Below the pieces are notes generated by a model. That model worked only from the letters and a program-made list of their open reading frames with translations, was not told the origin of the DNA and did not search any database. A stretch of 64,000 bases of DNA from a virus. Below, piece after piece: positions 20,552 to 31,591 of the stretch. Position numbers and translations under genes: made by a program. The number at the start of each line of letters is the position of its first letter. The stretch's first letter is position 1. The DNA is taken from IMG/VR virus record IMGVR_UViG_3300025137_000020, positions 32,001 to 96,000 of that record, one strand, 5' to 3'.

Positions 20552-23500
20552 TTAAAAATCAAAATCACCAGACTCAACTCCACCGTCTGTAATTTCTATT
20601 GATTTACCTCCACCCGAAACTGCTGTTACTAATAGTGTTCTGGCATTAGAAACTATGTTTGTCGGTGTAGTGTCATTAGGAGAATCATATTGTGCTCCTG
20701 CAAAATATTTTGTACTGCCCATAGTAAATTTGATGTCTGACGTATCAGTATCATTAAACGTAACAGCATTACCACTTACTGGATTCACTGCTATATCAAC
20801 AATTGGGTTTTGTTGGTCTGATGCATCAACTACTTTAAATGTGCCACTCCTGCCTGTGCCAGTTACCCGCATTCCATTTACTATAGTGCCTGTTGGTGCT
20901 CCGGCTAATCTAATTGTAGTTTCTTTAAATATAATAGATTTACCATTCCCAATGTCGCCCGTAAGAGGACTACTTAATTCAATTGCACTCTGTCCAATAC
21001 TAACAATTGTAACAGTTCCTGTTGGAAAATTAGCATTTGTTGATGTTACCACCATTCCGGTCGATAAGCTACTCATACTATTACCGCTTTTGCCAGTTAT
21101 AGTATGCACTCCCAACTTAGTATCTCCATTTATATACGGTCTTTTTATTACTACATTATTTCCTAAATTTCCTGTAGGAGCTGAACTTATAGTTATCTGA
21201 CTATTTGGTACATCAATATTGGTAATTGTAATTGTACCAGATGGCCAAGTCGATGCGGTACAGGTTAACACATCGCCGATATTTAAATCTGCAATTGTAT
21301 TTGTATAGCCATCTCTAAATCCATCGATTGCAAATGTAGCAGATGCTGCAGCAGTTTGATTTCTATCAAAGGTGAATACAGAACTTTTAGCAGTAGGTGC
21401 TACTCCAAATGTTCCAGTTGCATCTTCAATAGTACCAGTAGGTAATGTAAAGTACGCGTTATTCGCCCAAGATACATAGCATCTACTTAGTTCATCGCTA
21501 TTAAATGTGGTTCCTGCAAAATCTATTTCCGGTCCAACCGTCGCTCTACTTAAAGAACTTAGATTTAATTTATGAAATCCAATTAGCTTAACTCCACTTC
21601 CAATATTTTTAAACGCAGCATTCAATGTAGTTACATTAGTCGTATCCAAACCTCTTACATCAATATGTCTAAGACTTGAACAATTTTCAAACAGTGTTCT
21701 TAAATTAGTAAGATTTGAAGTATTACTAATTCCTTTAATAGAAATGAAGTCGGTTAGTCCGGTACAACCTTTTAGTGATAATGATGCACTAGTACTACCA
21801 CCTTGTACTAACGCCGAATTACCCAAATAGAATTTTCTTAAGTGTGTTTTGAAATTAGCTCGAGCTGCTGTTAATTGTATTGCAGTGATTCCAGTTACCG
21901 CCGCGGATGGACCTGAACTATTAATAGCCCCCACATTAAATTTGTGGTATGTACCAGCCACTTTAATTATAAATCGTTGTGGTGATGCAGTTTCAGTATA
22001 CACGTGATACAAATCGCGGTCTCTCGATGTGTCTACTTGATTTGAGGTGCCGTCACCCCAATCGATTGAGATGTTATGGCCATTCGACGACTGATCTTTT
22101 TGGAATGGCAATATAATCATATTAGTATTAGTACCACCAGAAGCTGGAATTTCAATTTCTATCAGAGTTTCGACTGGTGCGCCAGTACTTATAAGTGAGC
22201 CATTAATTTCATCTGAATATTCAATACCATTTTTAATTTCGTCAATTGTCACTGAAAAGTCTTGGCCTTCAATAATATGACTGTAATTGCTAATAGCTTC
22301 ATCTGCATTTAATATAGGTGTCTTCCAATTAATAATTTGAATTTTCTTTTCATAATCATCTGCACCTAATTTATACTTAGCTTTGCCACTAGTAAGTTCT
22401 TCAATAGATGGTTCTAAGCCATTAACTTCATCGATTCGTGGAGCATAGAATTGTACTGGGTGTTCGGCATCTAATGGATTAGCATTCTGAAGAACAGTCA
22501 GCTGAATCTTAGTCATAGCAGAATTAAATTTCCAATCTCCACGACTTGTAGAAGCTGGTAATGTACGAACTTTCAGTGGATTAGTACTTGGAAGATAGAT
22601 ACCACTATCTTCGTGGTCTGTAGTTCCTACATGCCCGAATGGTCTAATATGTCCGACTACTAAGAACCATTGATTTTCATTCAGTGGGTTTCCATCGGGC
22701 GATGAGGTTGTAGTTGAATTTAATCCAAAGTCAAAGTCATCTATAAATGTTGGTGTATTTATTTCATCACCGCTGGTAATGTTTATAGCTTCAAGTGTCG
22801 CACCAGAATCATTAAGTCCTTTCCATCTAAATACTTTAATACCACCGTCTGTAGTGTCATAAGGATTTACTCCTGCAGCGTATCTAACATCAGAAGCTTT
22901 AACCCATACTGACATTCGATATGTTTTACGTGTATCTACATCTACTTGTGGGCTTATAAATCCACCATCAGCAAAACTTATTACTTTACCGCTACTTGTA
23001 TTAATAGTACCACTTACTAAATTTGCCCTGCCTATAAATTCTGTGCCGGAGGTAGTTAATGTTTGACCGGCTTTAATCTTAACTAAAATATTTGCTGTTT
23101 CATATACACCCGCTGCAGTAGTTTTACCATAATTAACTCCACCATCCGTAATAGTAATTGATGTTGGTTTACCACCGCTTACTACAATCGTAGCTTTAGC
23201 TCCAACACCCACGGCATCTGAATCATTCGGCGAATCGGTTATTTCTACATTAGTGTATGTTCCATTAGTATATCCACTACCAGCTACATATCCTGTGCCA
23301 CTTAAAAATATACTAGAAAGTTTTGCCCAGTCACCATCTTTATTTCTGGCCTCCCATAATACATCTGTACTTCCAAATGGTGTTACACCTTCGAGCTGAA
23401 CGTTTTCTTGCGTTGTTCTAAATGGAGAGTTACTTCCACTATTAAAGGCAATTGGGTTACCTAGAGCTTCAAAATTATTATTGGTTCCGGTACCGACTGT

Positions 23501-26500
23501 AAATGGTAAATTACCAGCTAGTAGATTTGATTCTATTATCGGCAGCGCGTTTAAATCAAAGTCGCCTAAATTAGTATTCTTATCGCCTTTTACATTATAG
23601 AAATTAGTATCTGCGGGATGTTTAATATCAATTGCAACACAAGCCTCATCATTTGTTTTAAGTGTATTTAACGAAATATCATAGTCTACATTATCTTTTA
23701 AGTCAATAATAGTTTCTCTTCTTTCGTCAATCTCGTCTTTGCCTTTTACTATATCAGAATCAAAACCTTCTTTAATATTAACGTCTTTGATATAGAAATA
23801 TTCTCCGCTAGCATCACCAGTATACCCAGCATAACCACGAAGTGCATTATCCTTTAGTGTAGTAACAAATCTAACTATAGGTCTAGGGTCTTGTTGAACA
23901 GAAGGTGCAATAAATTTATGAGTAAATGGTATCCAATTGCCCTTTTCTGTCACAACTACTGGTTCAGTTCCATACGCGTCATAGCCGGCAAGATCGCCCG
24001 TCATAATCTGAAACTCGCCTGATAGATTTGAGAACAAAGGATTTCCAGTATCGTCATACACATATTGACCACTAATTTCGTCCGTAGCTCTTTGATTGAT
24101 TCCTGCCATAACATGAATCTGTTCTAGTTTAGTATTTGTTGACGGTATATAAATCTTTCCGGTGACCTCATAAATCTCGCCTGGATTATATAATTCGCCT
24201 ATTCCAAATCCACCAGACTCGTCACCGAGTGAAACATAATGTAATACTGAAGAAGACGCAATATATTTTAAAGCACCATATTTACCTTTAGGTACGCCCA
24301 AGTATGGATTTCCGCTTGAATGATATTCTTGACCAACATCCGCAGAATCTAAAGTTCTGTTCTCTAATGCAGGTACAATTAGAGTTCCGCCGTATTTAGT
24401 TGCGCCATCTGTGGCTGCAATACTGCTGAAATCTACGGGTCTGTAAAATTCTGTATAAAAATTGGGGTGTTGATTTGTTCTTCCTATAAACCCAGCATCT
24501 GGAGCATCGGCGACTATACATTGGAAATTCCCTTGGTATACCCTCTTTCTTTTCTCGCGAACTTTAAAATTCTCAAGCTTCCAATTGTATTCATACAGTC
24601 TTTCGAGATCAGCGATTGCGGTATTAATTGCTAAACTATTACCAGTCCTAGTTTGGTCTCTATCAACAATATGGTCAATTAGAATTTTAGGGTCATTCTC
24701 ATCTGCGGGAATGTAAAGCTTATGTGTATTAGCGCCTTCTACAATCAGACCATTGTCTAATGGCTCTACTTTAACAAATCCACCGCTTCCGCTGATCCCA
24801 TCGCCCGAATCTCTATTATAAAGTTGAAGTATATTTTCGCCAATAGATAGAAATTCTGATTCAAATACGAATAGGCTATAAAATTCACTCTCTGAAGTAA
24901 TATTATTCAGCTGATTATTCTGGTCAGGTACTACTCTAACTGCCGTAGTAGATTTGTAATAGTCTACTGGAGTTCTTGTCCTACTTATCGAGTCGGCGTT
25001 AGTGTCATCAACTCTTAACTGGTGACCATTATGTGCAAAAGAGTATCCACCTTCAGCGTCTCCAATGTACAGATATATTCTACATATGCCTTCTAATGAT
25101 GAGTTGAATTTAAATTCGTGAGGGCCTGTTCCGTGGTGTCCAGTACCACCCAAATCTGCATTTGGATTTCCAACACAAGAACTCGGGCTCGACCGACGTA
25201 TTGGAAAATACTTTCCAATTTTACCGGCAGACAAGAATAGATTCGCAGGAATATTTTTATCATTAATTTTAGTGGCATTAAACGAAATTTCATATGCCCG
25301 GTCTGATTCCCATCTAAAGTCATCCGATACATATGCACCGAGCTCTCCTTTATTCACCGGTTCATTCGTAGAGAACTTAACATCTCTTGTTAAGTACAAG
25401 GGTCTGTCGTGAGTATTGCTTGCAAGCGCATTATGTTCAGTATTAATTTCACCATTACCTACAGTATCAACTATCAATGTTATGTCGGATAAACCTGAAA
25501 GATTTCCAATTTCAGCATTTGGAATGACAAATCTGTCGTATTCGTCAAAACCAGTTATATCAGTCAATAAGTCAATTTGACCATAGCTTCCGCCAATGCC
25601 CGCTCGATATGCTAATTCTAAACCACTACCAAACGAGCTTGTGATATCAACGCCATCTTTATCGGTTATAGTAAATTGGCCGTCAGTAAGTAATGTGTGC
25701 TCACTTATTGTACCAACAAGCGCTGACCTGCTAGCAGCTCCAGTTCGCCTAAAGCTTCGAGGTGTTGTAGCCTTAAGAGCTTGTGCGGAGTCTCCGCCCA
25801 ATGATATAGTATTATTTAATTCCAATACTTCAATACCACCGTTATATGTGAGTGGCGTGTAGTCAGTACTGGTTTCGGTCGCAGGAATTGGATTATGAGC
25901 AGGACTGTCAGAGGTTAACCTATCAAACGAAATACCAACTTTATCTGTTTCAGTAATTAAATATTTAACTTCTTCTTCGTCGCTTTTATTGGTTGAGTAG
26001 ATATCTCTTACATCAATATTTGTAGGATATTTTGACAACTGGTGAGGCAAAACATTATTGTGTAATAATGAATGTACACTCGGCGCTTCATTATTTTCAT
26101 CTAAGTAATCAATTCTCGGTCTTGCGAATTCAATTTCATTGCCGGTAGTAATAGCTCTATACAAAAAACTTCTAATTAGAACCGCATTGGTGTCAGTGCC
26201 CAGCGAAAATTCTTGGATAGTTATACTAGAAATTTTATTTTTAGTTTCAACAGAGTATATTCCGCCATCACTGTAATCATTATAGCTTAAGCTTTCAGCT
26301 TCCGTTCTTTTAAAGAAATTTTTATTATACGTGCCGTTACTGCCATCAGCTTTAGTTATATATCCAACTGCCATATACCATTTGCCTACTTCAATCCCAT
26401 CTGGCAGAGAACTCAAATCAAAACTGAAAAAGTATGGATTATTAGTAGTAATTGTGTTATTCCGTTTCGACGCTACAGTTCCTCTTACACCACTACTTGT

Positions 26501-29500
26501 GCTGGTATATGGATAAGCGCCAAAATACAATTTGCCATCGACCGCCTCATTAATTTTAAAAAATTGAATAAATCTGTAATCTTTAATCGCGGATTGGGTA
26601 GCTATAATCGGTGACTTGTATCCGCCGTTAGACCTTATGCCCTCTACTGCATTTTTACTCGCGGCCCATACTACATCAATGTCTCCAAAGGGTCCAGTTC
26701 TAAATTCTCTAACCGACTCAGCATCATCTTTACTAACACCATTCAAGCCAGTCCGATTCCATCGCCCAGTAACGCCATTCGCAGTAGTGTTAAAGTCACC
26801 GATACCCGGTCTCCACGGCAAATAGCTGGAAGATTTGAGTAGATTGGTTTCTACTTCAGGCGCAATATCCATTGAATGAACTCCGCTCAATTTAGAATCT
26901 TTCACTAAAGTGCCGACTGCAAATGTATTAGGATATGTTTTGTTTGAATCAGTTGCTGGTGTAGGAACTACTGGAAGTGAGCTATTAGCAATTTTATTAA
27001 ATCCAAAATTTGGGTCATGTTTTAAAATCGCATTGTTATAAACTGGTTTACCGTCAGCTCTTTCAATTTTTAAATTCTTAAATAGTGTACTAGGTACGTG
27101 TCCCTCTACTTTATTGGTAGTCGCGGGGCTGTAATGTCCAATAAGAACTATTCTAAACTTAGTTGAGGTTGGGTCAAACTTTGTAGACGAACGGCCAGTT
27201 TGATTTACGGGATATTTATTATATGAATATGGTGCGGTTCCAATTCGGGTATCAGCTCTGCGTGGATTAAATCCACTAAAGTTAGCAGTAAACGTTCTCG
27301 ACTGCCCTCCAGTTAGATTGACACCACCGGCTATTCCGTAATTAAAGATCTGCTGCTCGTCAGAGAAAATTCTATTACCAGCATCATCAATACTGCTAAC
27401 GCCGGCAAAAACCCTATTAGTTTTATCTGGCAATAAATTTTCAATCTCTAATGATATATTGTATGTAGCATCTTCATCAATAGGTATTTCTAAAGGAATT
27501 TCTAACCATTGAGAATTACCATATAATACTAATCCGCCAAAGGCTTCGTCGTAATCATACCCGCCATGGTCAGCTCCGGTTTGCGCGTAATCGTTATAAG
27601 CAGTCACATATGGTGACCAGTCGTATCCAGTGAAATCAATTTTACTGAGATACTTTGGATCGCTAGCTTCTAATTCGCTTCTGTGCTCCACCCAAGCACC
27701 ATTTATATATTCTGAAACAGCTCCATTTGCATTAATTCTTAATTTTTGATAGCCTGATGTGGGGTGAGCAATAACTACCGGATTACCCGTCAATACAGGT
27801 GTGTCAATACTAATTCTTTCTGTGCCGATGAATGGATAATGTTCACATTTATCTGATGTAGTATATCTCAGTGATAATGACGGACTCACTTGCTGAGCAT
27901 TGAGTGTCGACGTTAAAGTCGAGCTCGTCACTGTTTGAGACTTTTCAAATATTCTGTTATGCCTTTTGTCGTATACGATACATTGCGCAGTTCGCTTTCT
28001 GCTCCATGTAGTAGTCGAATTGCGATACTGAACACTGCCTTTGCTCTTTAACCATTCTCTTAAAAATGGTTCTCCTTGACTATTATTTCCTAATCTACAA
28101 GAAGATGCATCCTGAGTATATACAATAGCAATCTCATTAGCTGAAATATTATCTAAGTGATTTACTAACTGCGATTCGGCGGCTTCGCTTTCAATGGTAC
28201 TGTTGCCATACGTATCGTATGCTGCAGCCGAATAAGTTTTAGTAGTTGGATTGAATACTATTATGTTATGTCCGCGATTTACTTGGCCATAATTATATGT
28301 TGTAGCCGAACTGGTGGCTACTAATGTTGCGGAGCCAGATGCATTTTGAGTGGTAAGGTCTGGAAATATACCAGTACCTAGATTTGTGCCCGATAGCAAT
28401 GTATTACCATCAGCTCTAAGACGGGCAATGTGCCAAGTTCCGTGTGTCGCTCCAGTTACCACCTCAGAAATATTTTCTTTCTTTATAACGTAAGTAGAAT
28501 CACCGTCAGTGTGTCTGTAACTACCAAGCTTATTGGCAGAATATGCTCTATCAAAATCAGAGTTTGTTGCACTGCTTATTGTAATAGCCGACAATAAATC
28601 AAAAGTAGTACTAGGTCTTGCGACAGTTCTATCTGTAAAAGTAACGCCCCTAGCATACTCATCCTTTGAATCTAATTGTGTTCCCACAACTCTGAATACT
28701 GTATCTACAGCCTTTTGTTCTGCTGTAGCTGTTACGCCATTATCTGTAACCAATACGGAAACCTGTTTCTGACCATTTGGCAAATCATCAATTTGTTTAA
28801 TTGATAATTCTCTTTCGTAGCCATCTTGACCTGTCCATTTTGTACCAGCTACATATTTATCACTACCAGATTCCTTTAATTTAAAAGACAATTCAATTTC
28901 GGAATCTTTAGTAATCCTTGCGCCAGTACGTATACCGGTTCCATTACCATCTAAAGAAATATATTTGTCTTCGTATGCTAATGAATTAATACTGTTCAAA
29001 ATAGCGTTATTGGTGTGTCCTTTTAGCGTAAAGCCGGCTGAATCACCATTAGTATCGATACCACCGTCACCGATTTGTTTTATTCTTAGTCCACTGTCGT
29101 GGTCATAGAACGTATCTTTTTTGCTATTAAAGTTAGGTTGAGTCGTTTTGTAAAATGCTGAGAATTTCTCATATAGAATAATTTCTAACAATACATTAAA
29201 GAAGTATTCCAACCAACCCGGCTGCCATTTTGGTGAGTGTTGGCCCTTTGCGACAGTCTGTTGAATAGCAGAAAGCCATACGCGTACACCATCAGCAACA
29301 TTAATTCTTAATGGATCGCTATCTTTAGCTCGTCTAGATTCTAGTTCTAAGTACAACGCAGTAAAGAACTTTAAACCAGACGGGTGAATAAGTTTATTAT
29401 AATCAGTATCCCATCTATCAACAGATAGGTTTGTTCTGATTACATATGAAAATTCTTGAAAGTAATCGCTATCGTGAAGTTTATTTACATCAGATAAAAA

Positions 29501-31585
29501 TCCTTTTGTTCCGGCCCAAGATATTTTTCTAGGGTATGAACTTCCACTGGAAGAAAGCCCAAAATTAGTTTCTACTATCGGGCTGCTAGCACTTCCAAAC
29601 CCCTTTAACGCTGACGCGATAATCAGGTTCCGTCCCTTATTTGTAAAGTTAGTACTTCCATTATTATTAAAATCAATATCAATTATCTTGTTTAAGCCTG
29701 GTAATGACTTAGCGTTAACGTAATTTTTCAGCTCGGTGTCAGTACATACTCTATCATAAAAAGCAAACTGGTAAAAATATAATTCGCCATCTGGGTTTAA
29801 ACCCTTTTCGCCACTTGTACCTGTTGAACCACTATTATGGCAATACCCAAGCATCGATGGATATAGTGACATTTGATGATCGTTACGATCAATATTTCCG
29901 TTAGTTGTTGGCGTTATAGATTGCGGGCCGTTATCGGTCACGCCCGAATTTGTCATTGCAATTTTAACTACATCAAATGTAGTCATGATTCCGTTAGCTA
30001 TTGTTGATTCTACAGTAATAGCTAATCTAATTCTCTGTCTACCTAAATTTGCGGTTTCTTGGAATGGAAATGCGCCTACTCCCGTTACATAGTTGTTAAA
30101 TGTTTTACTAAAATCATTTTGATGATTACCAAACCGGCCAGCAATATTAAGATTATTGCTACCATCGATTTTAATAGAAACCCCACCGTCTTTACCTGCG
30201 TCTAGGCTTAGCTCATTTGCGCTTGCAAAATGAAGATTGCTCGCGGCGAAAAGCGGGGAGTATTTGTGTGCATTTTGCTGGTTAGAATTATATCCAGCGG
30301 GTGGAGTAGGGTCTTTTCTATAATTATTTCCAAATTTAAAATCGATAAAGTATGTTGCTTTATTAACTTGCGAGTATGCACCCTGTTGGTAAAAAGCAAT
30401 TCGTCTGTAATCCTCAAACCCCTTCTTATACCAGTATTTTTCTAGTGTTGAAGATTCATCTGCAGTACCTTGGTATATGCCATCAGATGGTTTAAACAAT
30501 ACCTCTTTTGGATAAAATATAGAAGCAATCTCGTCAAAAAAGATTTTAAAGAAAGATTCGAGTGAAGCTTCACTACCCCGTGTATTATAATATTCTACAA
30601 CCTTTTTATATAGTGAATTTCTATCTAAATTTTTAGCTTCGGGTATGCCTTTAGCAATTTCTTTTGATATTCTTCCAAGATAGTCATCTGTAGTTTTATC
30701 GATGTCGTGCTCTTCTAAAATTCTTTTTACCACATTAGTGGGTGAAGCAATAACATCACTGACTGTAAATATAGTAGTACCAAGAATATCAATTTCAATA
30801 ACATCATCAATCCTGTATCCTTGCCCTGGTTTATTAGGAAAAACTGATACCGTTTTTCCCGTATCAACTACGATGTCTAATGTTAGGCCGGATCCGTGTC
30901 CGCCTATAGTTGGAACATTAGAAAAATTAATTAAATCAGTTTTTGTCGGTGTAATCGCGGTGGTTAATGCAATAGGATTAATTGTCCCTTTTGAATACGC
31001 AGCTGACGTTGTGATGTCTGCAGTAATAGTCGATGCACTTACGTGCTCAGACCACAATACATTTTCTAAATTGTCAATTTTACTACCAATTGGGTCAACC
31101 AACCAATCTCTATCATAAAAATCATATTTAACTTTACCATCGAGTATTGATAGCATTACCCAAGTATCATTATAAGCAGTTCGACTAGAGTCGAGCCTCA
31201 TTATAAAATACTCTGGCTGAATAAGACCTCTATAAACTATAGTTCCTTTCGCTGATTGAGGAAAATTGCTCGCTACAATTTCTTCATCTGTCAATTTACC
31301 ATATTGCTGATTATAAGTCGACGGGACAAATGATTTTACATCAAGTCCAAGTCGTGCATCAGATTCTTTTAAATCTGCATATTGAAGTTCTTCGCCAGAG
31401 CCAGTATTAATAATACTAATTCCGTTAACGACCCCATCAATATTCATATAATCGTAATACTCTGTCAAAAGAGTAATAAGATTACTTGCATTACCTCTCA
31501 ATTGCTCGGGTATGAGCGATTCTACGCGAGAAGACTCGTTATTATGTGGCTGAATTGCAAATGATTCAATGGCTTCGTGTGACAT
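20552..31585 (-). CDS. gp7: Baseplate wedge initiator gp7-like giant multidomain protein
   Basis: 3677 aa between gp6 and gp8; LLTEYYDYM, YYNTRGSEASLESFFKIFF, LHDSDYFQEFSYVIRT, LIHPSGLKFF are gp7-like motifs; long accessory C-terminal region. Confidence 0.8.
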   Translation of the reverse strand: MSHEAIESFAIQPHNNESSRVESLIPEQLRGNASNLITLLTEYYDYMNIDGVVNGISIINTGSGEELQYADLKESDARLGLDVKSFVPSTYNQQYGKLTDEEIVASNFPQSAKGTIVYRGLIQPEYFIMRLDSSRTAYNDTWVMLSILDGKVKYDFYDRDWLVDPIGSKIDNLENVLWSEHVSASTITADITTSAAYSKGTINPIALTTAITPTKTDLINFSNVPTIGGHGSGLTLDIVVDTGKTVSVFPNKPGQGYRIDDVIEIDILGTTIFTVSDVIASPTNVVKRILEEHDIDKTTDDYLGRISKEIAKGIPEAKNLDRNSLYKKVVEYYNTRGSEASLESFFKIFFDEIASIFYPKEVLFKPSDGIYQGTADESSTLEKYWYKKGFEDYRRIAFYQQGAYSQVNKATYFIDFKFGNNYRKDPTPPAGYNSNQQNAHKYSPLFAASNLHFASANELSLDAGKDGGVSIKIDGSNNLNIAGRFGNHQNDFSKTFNNYVTGVGAFPFQETANLGRQRIRLAITVESTIANGIMTTFDVVKIAMTNSGVTDNGPQSITPTTNGNIDRNDHQMSLYPSMLGYCHNSGSTGTSGEKGLNPDGELYFYQFAFYDRVCTDTELKNYVNAKSLPGLNKIIDIDFNNNGSTNFTNKGRNLIIASALKGFGSASSPIVETNFGLSSSGSSYPRKISWAGTKGFLSDVNKLHDSDYFQEFSYVIRTNLSVDRWDTDYNKLIHPSGLKFFTALYLELESRRAKDSDPLRINVADGVRVWLSAIQQTVAKGQHSPKWQPGWLEYFFNVLLEIILYEKFSAFYKTTQPNFNSKKDTFYDHDSGLRIKQIGDGGIDTNGDSAGFTLKGHTNNAILNSINSLAYEDKYISLDGNGTGIRTGARITKDSEIELSFKLKESGSDKYVAGTKWTGQDGYERELSIKQIDDLPNGQKQVSVLVTDNGVTATAEQKAVDTVFRVVGTQLDSKDEYARGVTFTDRTVARPSTTFDLLSAITISSATNSDFDRAYSANKLGSYRHTDGDSTYVIKKENISEVVTGATHGTWHIARLRADGNTLLSGTNLGTGIFPDLTTQNASGSATLVATSSATTYNYGQVNRGHNIIVFNPTTKTYSAAAYDTYGNSTIESEAAESQLVNHLDNISANEIAIVYTQDASSCRLGNNSQGEPFLREWLKSKGSVQYRNSTTTWSRKRTAQCIVYDKRHNRIFEKSQTVTSSTLTSTLNAQQVSPSLSLRYTTSDKCEHYPFIGTERISIDTPVLTGNPVVIAHPTSGYQKLRINANGAVSEYINGAWVEHRSELEASDPKYLSKIDFTGYDWSPYVTAYNDYAQTGADHGGYDYDEAFGGLVLYGNSQWLEIPLEIPIDEDATYNISLEIENLLPDKTNRVFAGVSSIDDAGNRIFSDEQQIFNYGIAGGVNLTGGQSRTFTANFSGFNPRRADTRIGTAPYSYNKYPVNQTGRSSTKFDPTSTKFRIVLIGHYSPATTNKVEGHVPSTLFKNLKIERADGKPVYNNAILKHDPNFGFNKIANSSLPVVPTPATDSNKTYPNTFAVGTLVKDSKLSGVHSMDIAPEVETNLLKSSSYLPWRPGIGDFNTTANGVTGRWNRTGLNGVSKDDAESVREFRTGPFGDIDVVWAASKNAVEGIRSNGGYKSPIIATQSAIKDYRFIQFFKINEAVDGKLYFGAYPYTSTSSGVRGTVASKRNNTITTNNPYFFSFDLSSLPDGIEVGKWYMAVGYITKADGSNGTYNKNFFKRTEAESLSYNDYSDGGIYSVETKNKISSITIQEFSLGTDTNAVLIRSFLYRAITTGNEIEFARPRIDYLDENNEAPSVHSLLHNNVLPHQLSKYPTNIDVRDIYSTNKSDEEEVKYLITETDKVGISFDRLTSDSPAHNPIPATETSTDYTPLTYNGGIEVLELNNTISLGGDSAQALKATTPRSFRRTGAASRSALVGTISEHTLLTDGQFTITDKDGVDITSSFGSGLELAYRAGIGGSYGQIDLLTDITGFDEYDRFVIPNAEIGNLSGLSDITLIVDTVGNGEINTEHNALASNTHDRPLYLTRDVKFSTNEPVNKGELGAYVSDDFRWESDRAYEISFNATKINDKNIPANLFLSAGKIGKYFPIRRSSPSSCVGNPNADLGGTGHHGTGPHEFKFNSSLEGICRIYLYIGDAEGGYSFAHNGHQLRVDDTNADSISRTRTPVDYYKSTTAVRVVPDQNNQLNNITSESEFYSLFVFESEFLSIGENILQLYNRDSGDGISGSGGFVKVEPLDNGLIVEGANTHKLYIPADENDPKILIDHIVDRDQTRTGNSLAINTAIADLERLYEYNWKLENFKVREKRKRVYQGNFQCIVADAPDAGFIGRTNQHPNFYTEFYRPVDFSSIAATDGATKYGGTLIVPALENRTLDSADVGQEYHSSGNPYLGVPKGKYGALKYIASSSVLHYVSLGDESGGFGIGELYNPGEIYEVTGKIYIPSTNTKLEQIHVMAGINQRATDEISGQYVYDDTGNPLFSNLSGEFQIMTGDLAGYDAYGTEPVVVTEKGNWIPFTHKFIAPSVQQDPRPIVRFVTTLKDNALRGYAGYTGDASGEYFYIKDVNIKEGFDSDIVKGKDEIDERRETIIDLKDNVDYDISLNTLKTNDEACVAIDIKHPADTNFYNVKGDKNTNLGDFDLNALPIIESNLLAGNLPFTVGTGTNNNFEALGNPIAFNSGSNSPFRTTQENVQLEGVTPFGSTDVLWEARNKDGDWAKLSSIFLSGTGYVAGSGYTNGTYTNVEITDSPNDSDAVGVGAKATIVVSGGKPTSITITDGGVNYGKTTAAGVYETANILVKIKAGQTLTTSGTEFIGRANLVSGTINTSSGKVISFADGGFISPQVDVDTRKTYRMSVWVKASDVRYAAGVNPYDTTDGGIKVFRWKGLNDSGATLEAINITSGDEINTPTFIDDFDFGLNSTTTSSPDGNPLNENQWFLVVGHIRPFGHVGTTDHEDSGIYLPSTNPLKVRTLPASTSRGDWKFNSAMTKIQLTVLQNANPLDAEHPVQFYAPRIDEVNGLEPSIEELTSGKAKYKLGADDYEKKIQIINWKTPILNADEAISNYSHIIEGQDFSVTIDEIKNGIEYSDEINGSLISTGAPVETLIEIEIPASGGTNTNMIILPFQKDQSSNGHNISIDWGDGTSNQVDTSRDRDLYHVYTETASPQRFIIKVAGTYHKFNVGAINSSGPSAAVTGITAIQLTAARANFKTHLRKFYLGNSALVQGGSTSASLSLKGCTGLTDFISIKGISNTSNLTNLRTLFENCSSLRHIDVRGLDTTNVTTLNAAFKNIGSGVKLIGFHKLNLSSLSRATVGPEIDFAGTTFNSDELSRCYVSWANNAYFTLPTGTIEDATGTFGVAPTAKSSVFTFDRNQTAAASATFAIDGFRDGYTNTIADLNIGDVLTCTASTWPSGTITITNIDVPNSQITISSAPTGNLGNNVVIKRPYINGDTKLGVHTITGKSGNSMSSLSTGMVVTSTNANFPTGTVTIVSIGQSAIELSSPLTGDIGNGKSIIFKETTIRLAGAPTGTIVNGMRVTGTGRSGTFKVVDASDQQNPIVDIAVNPVSGNAVTFNDTDTSDIKFTMGSTKYFAGAQYDSPNDTTPTNIVSNARTLLVTAVSGGGKSIEITDGGVESGDFDF

Positions 31586-31591
31586 ATTTTA

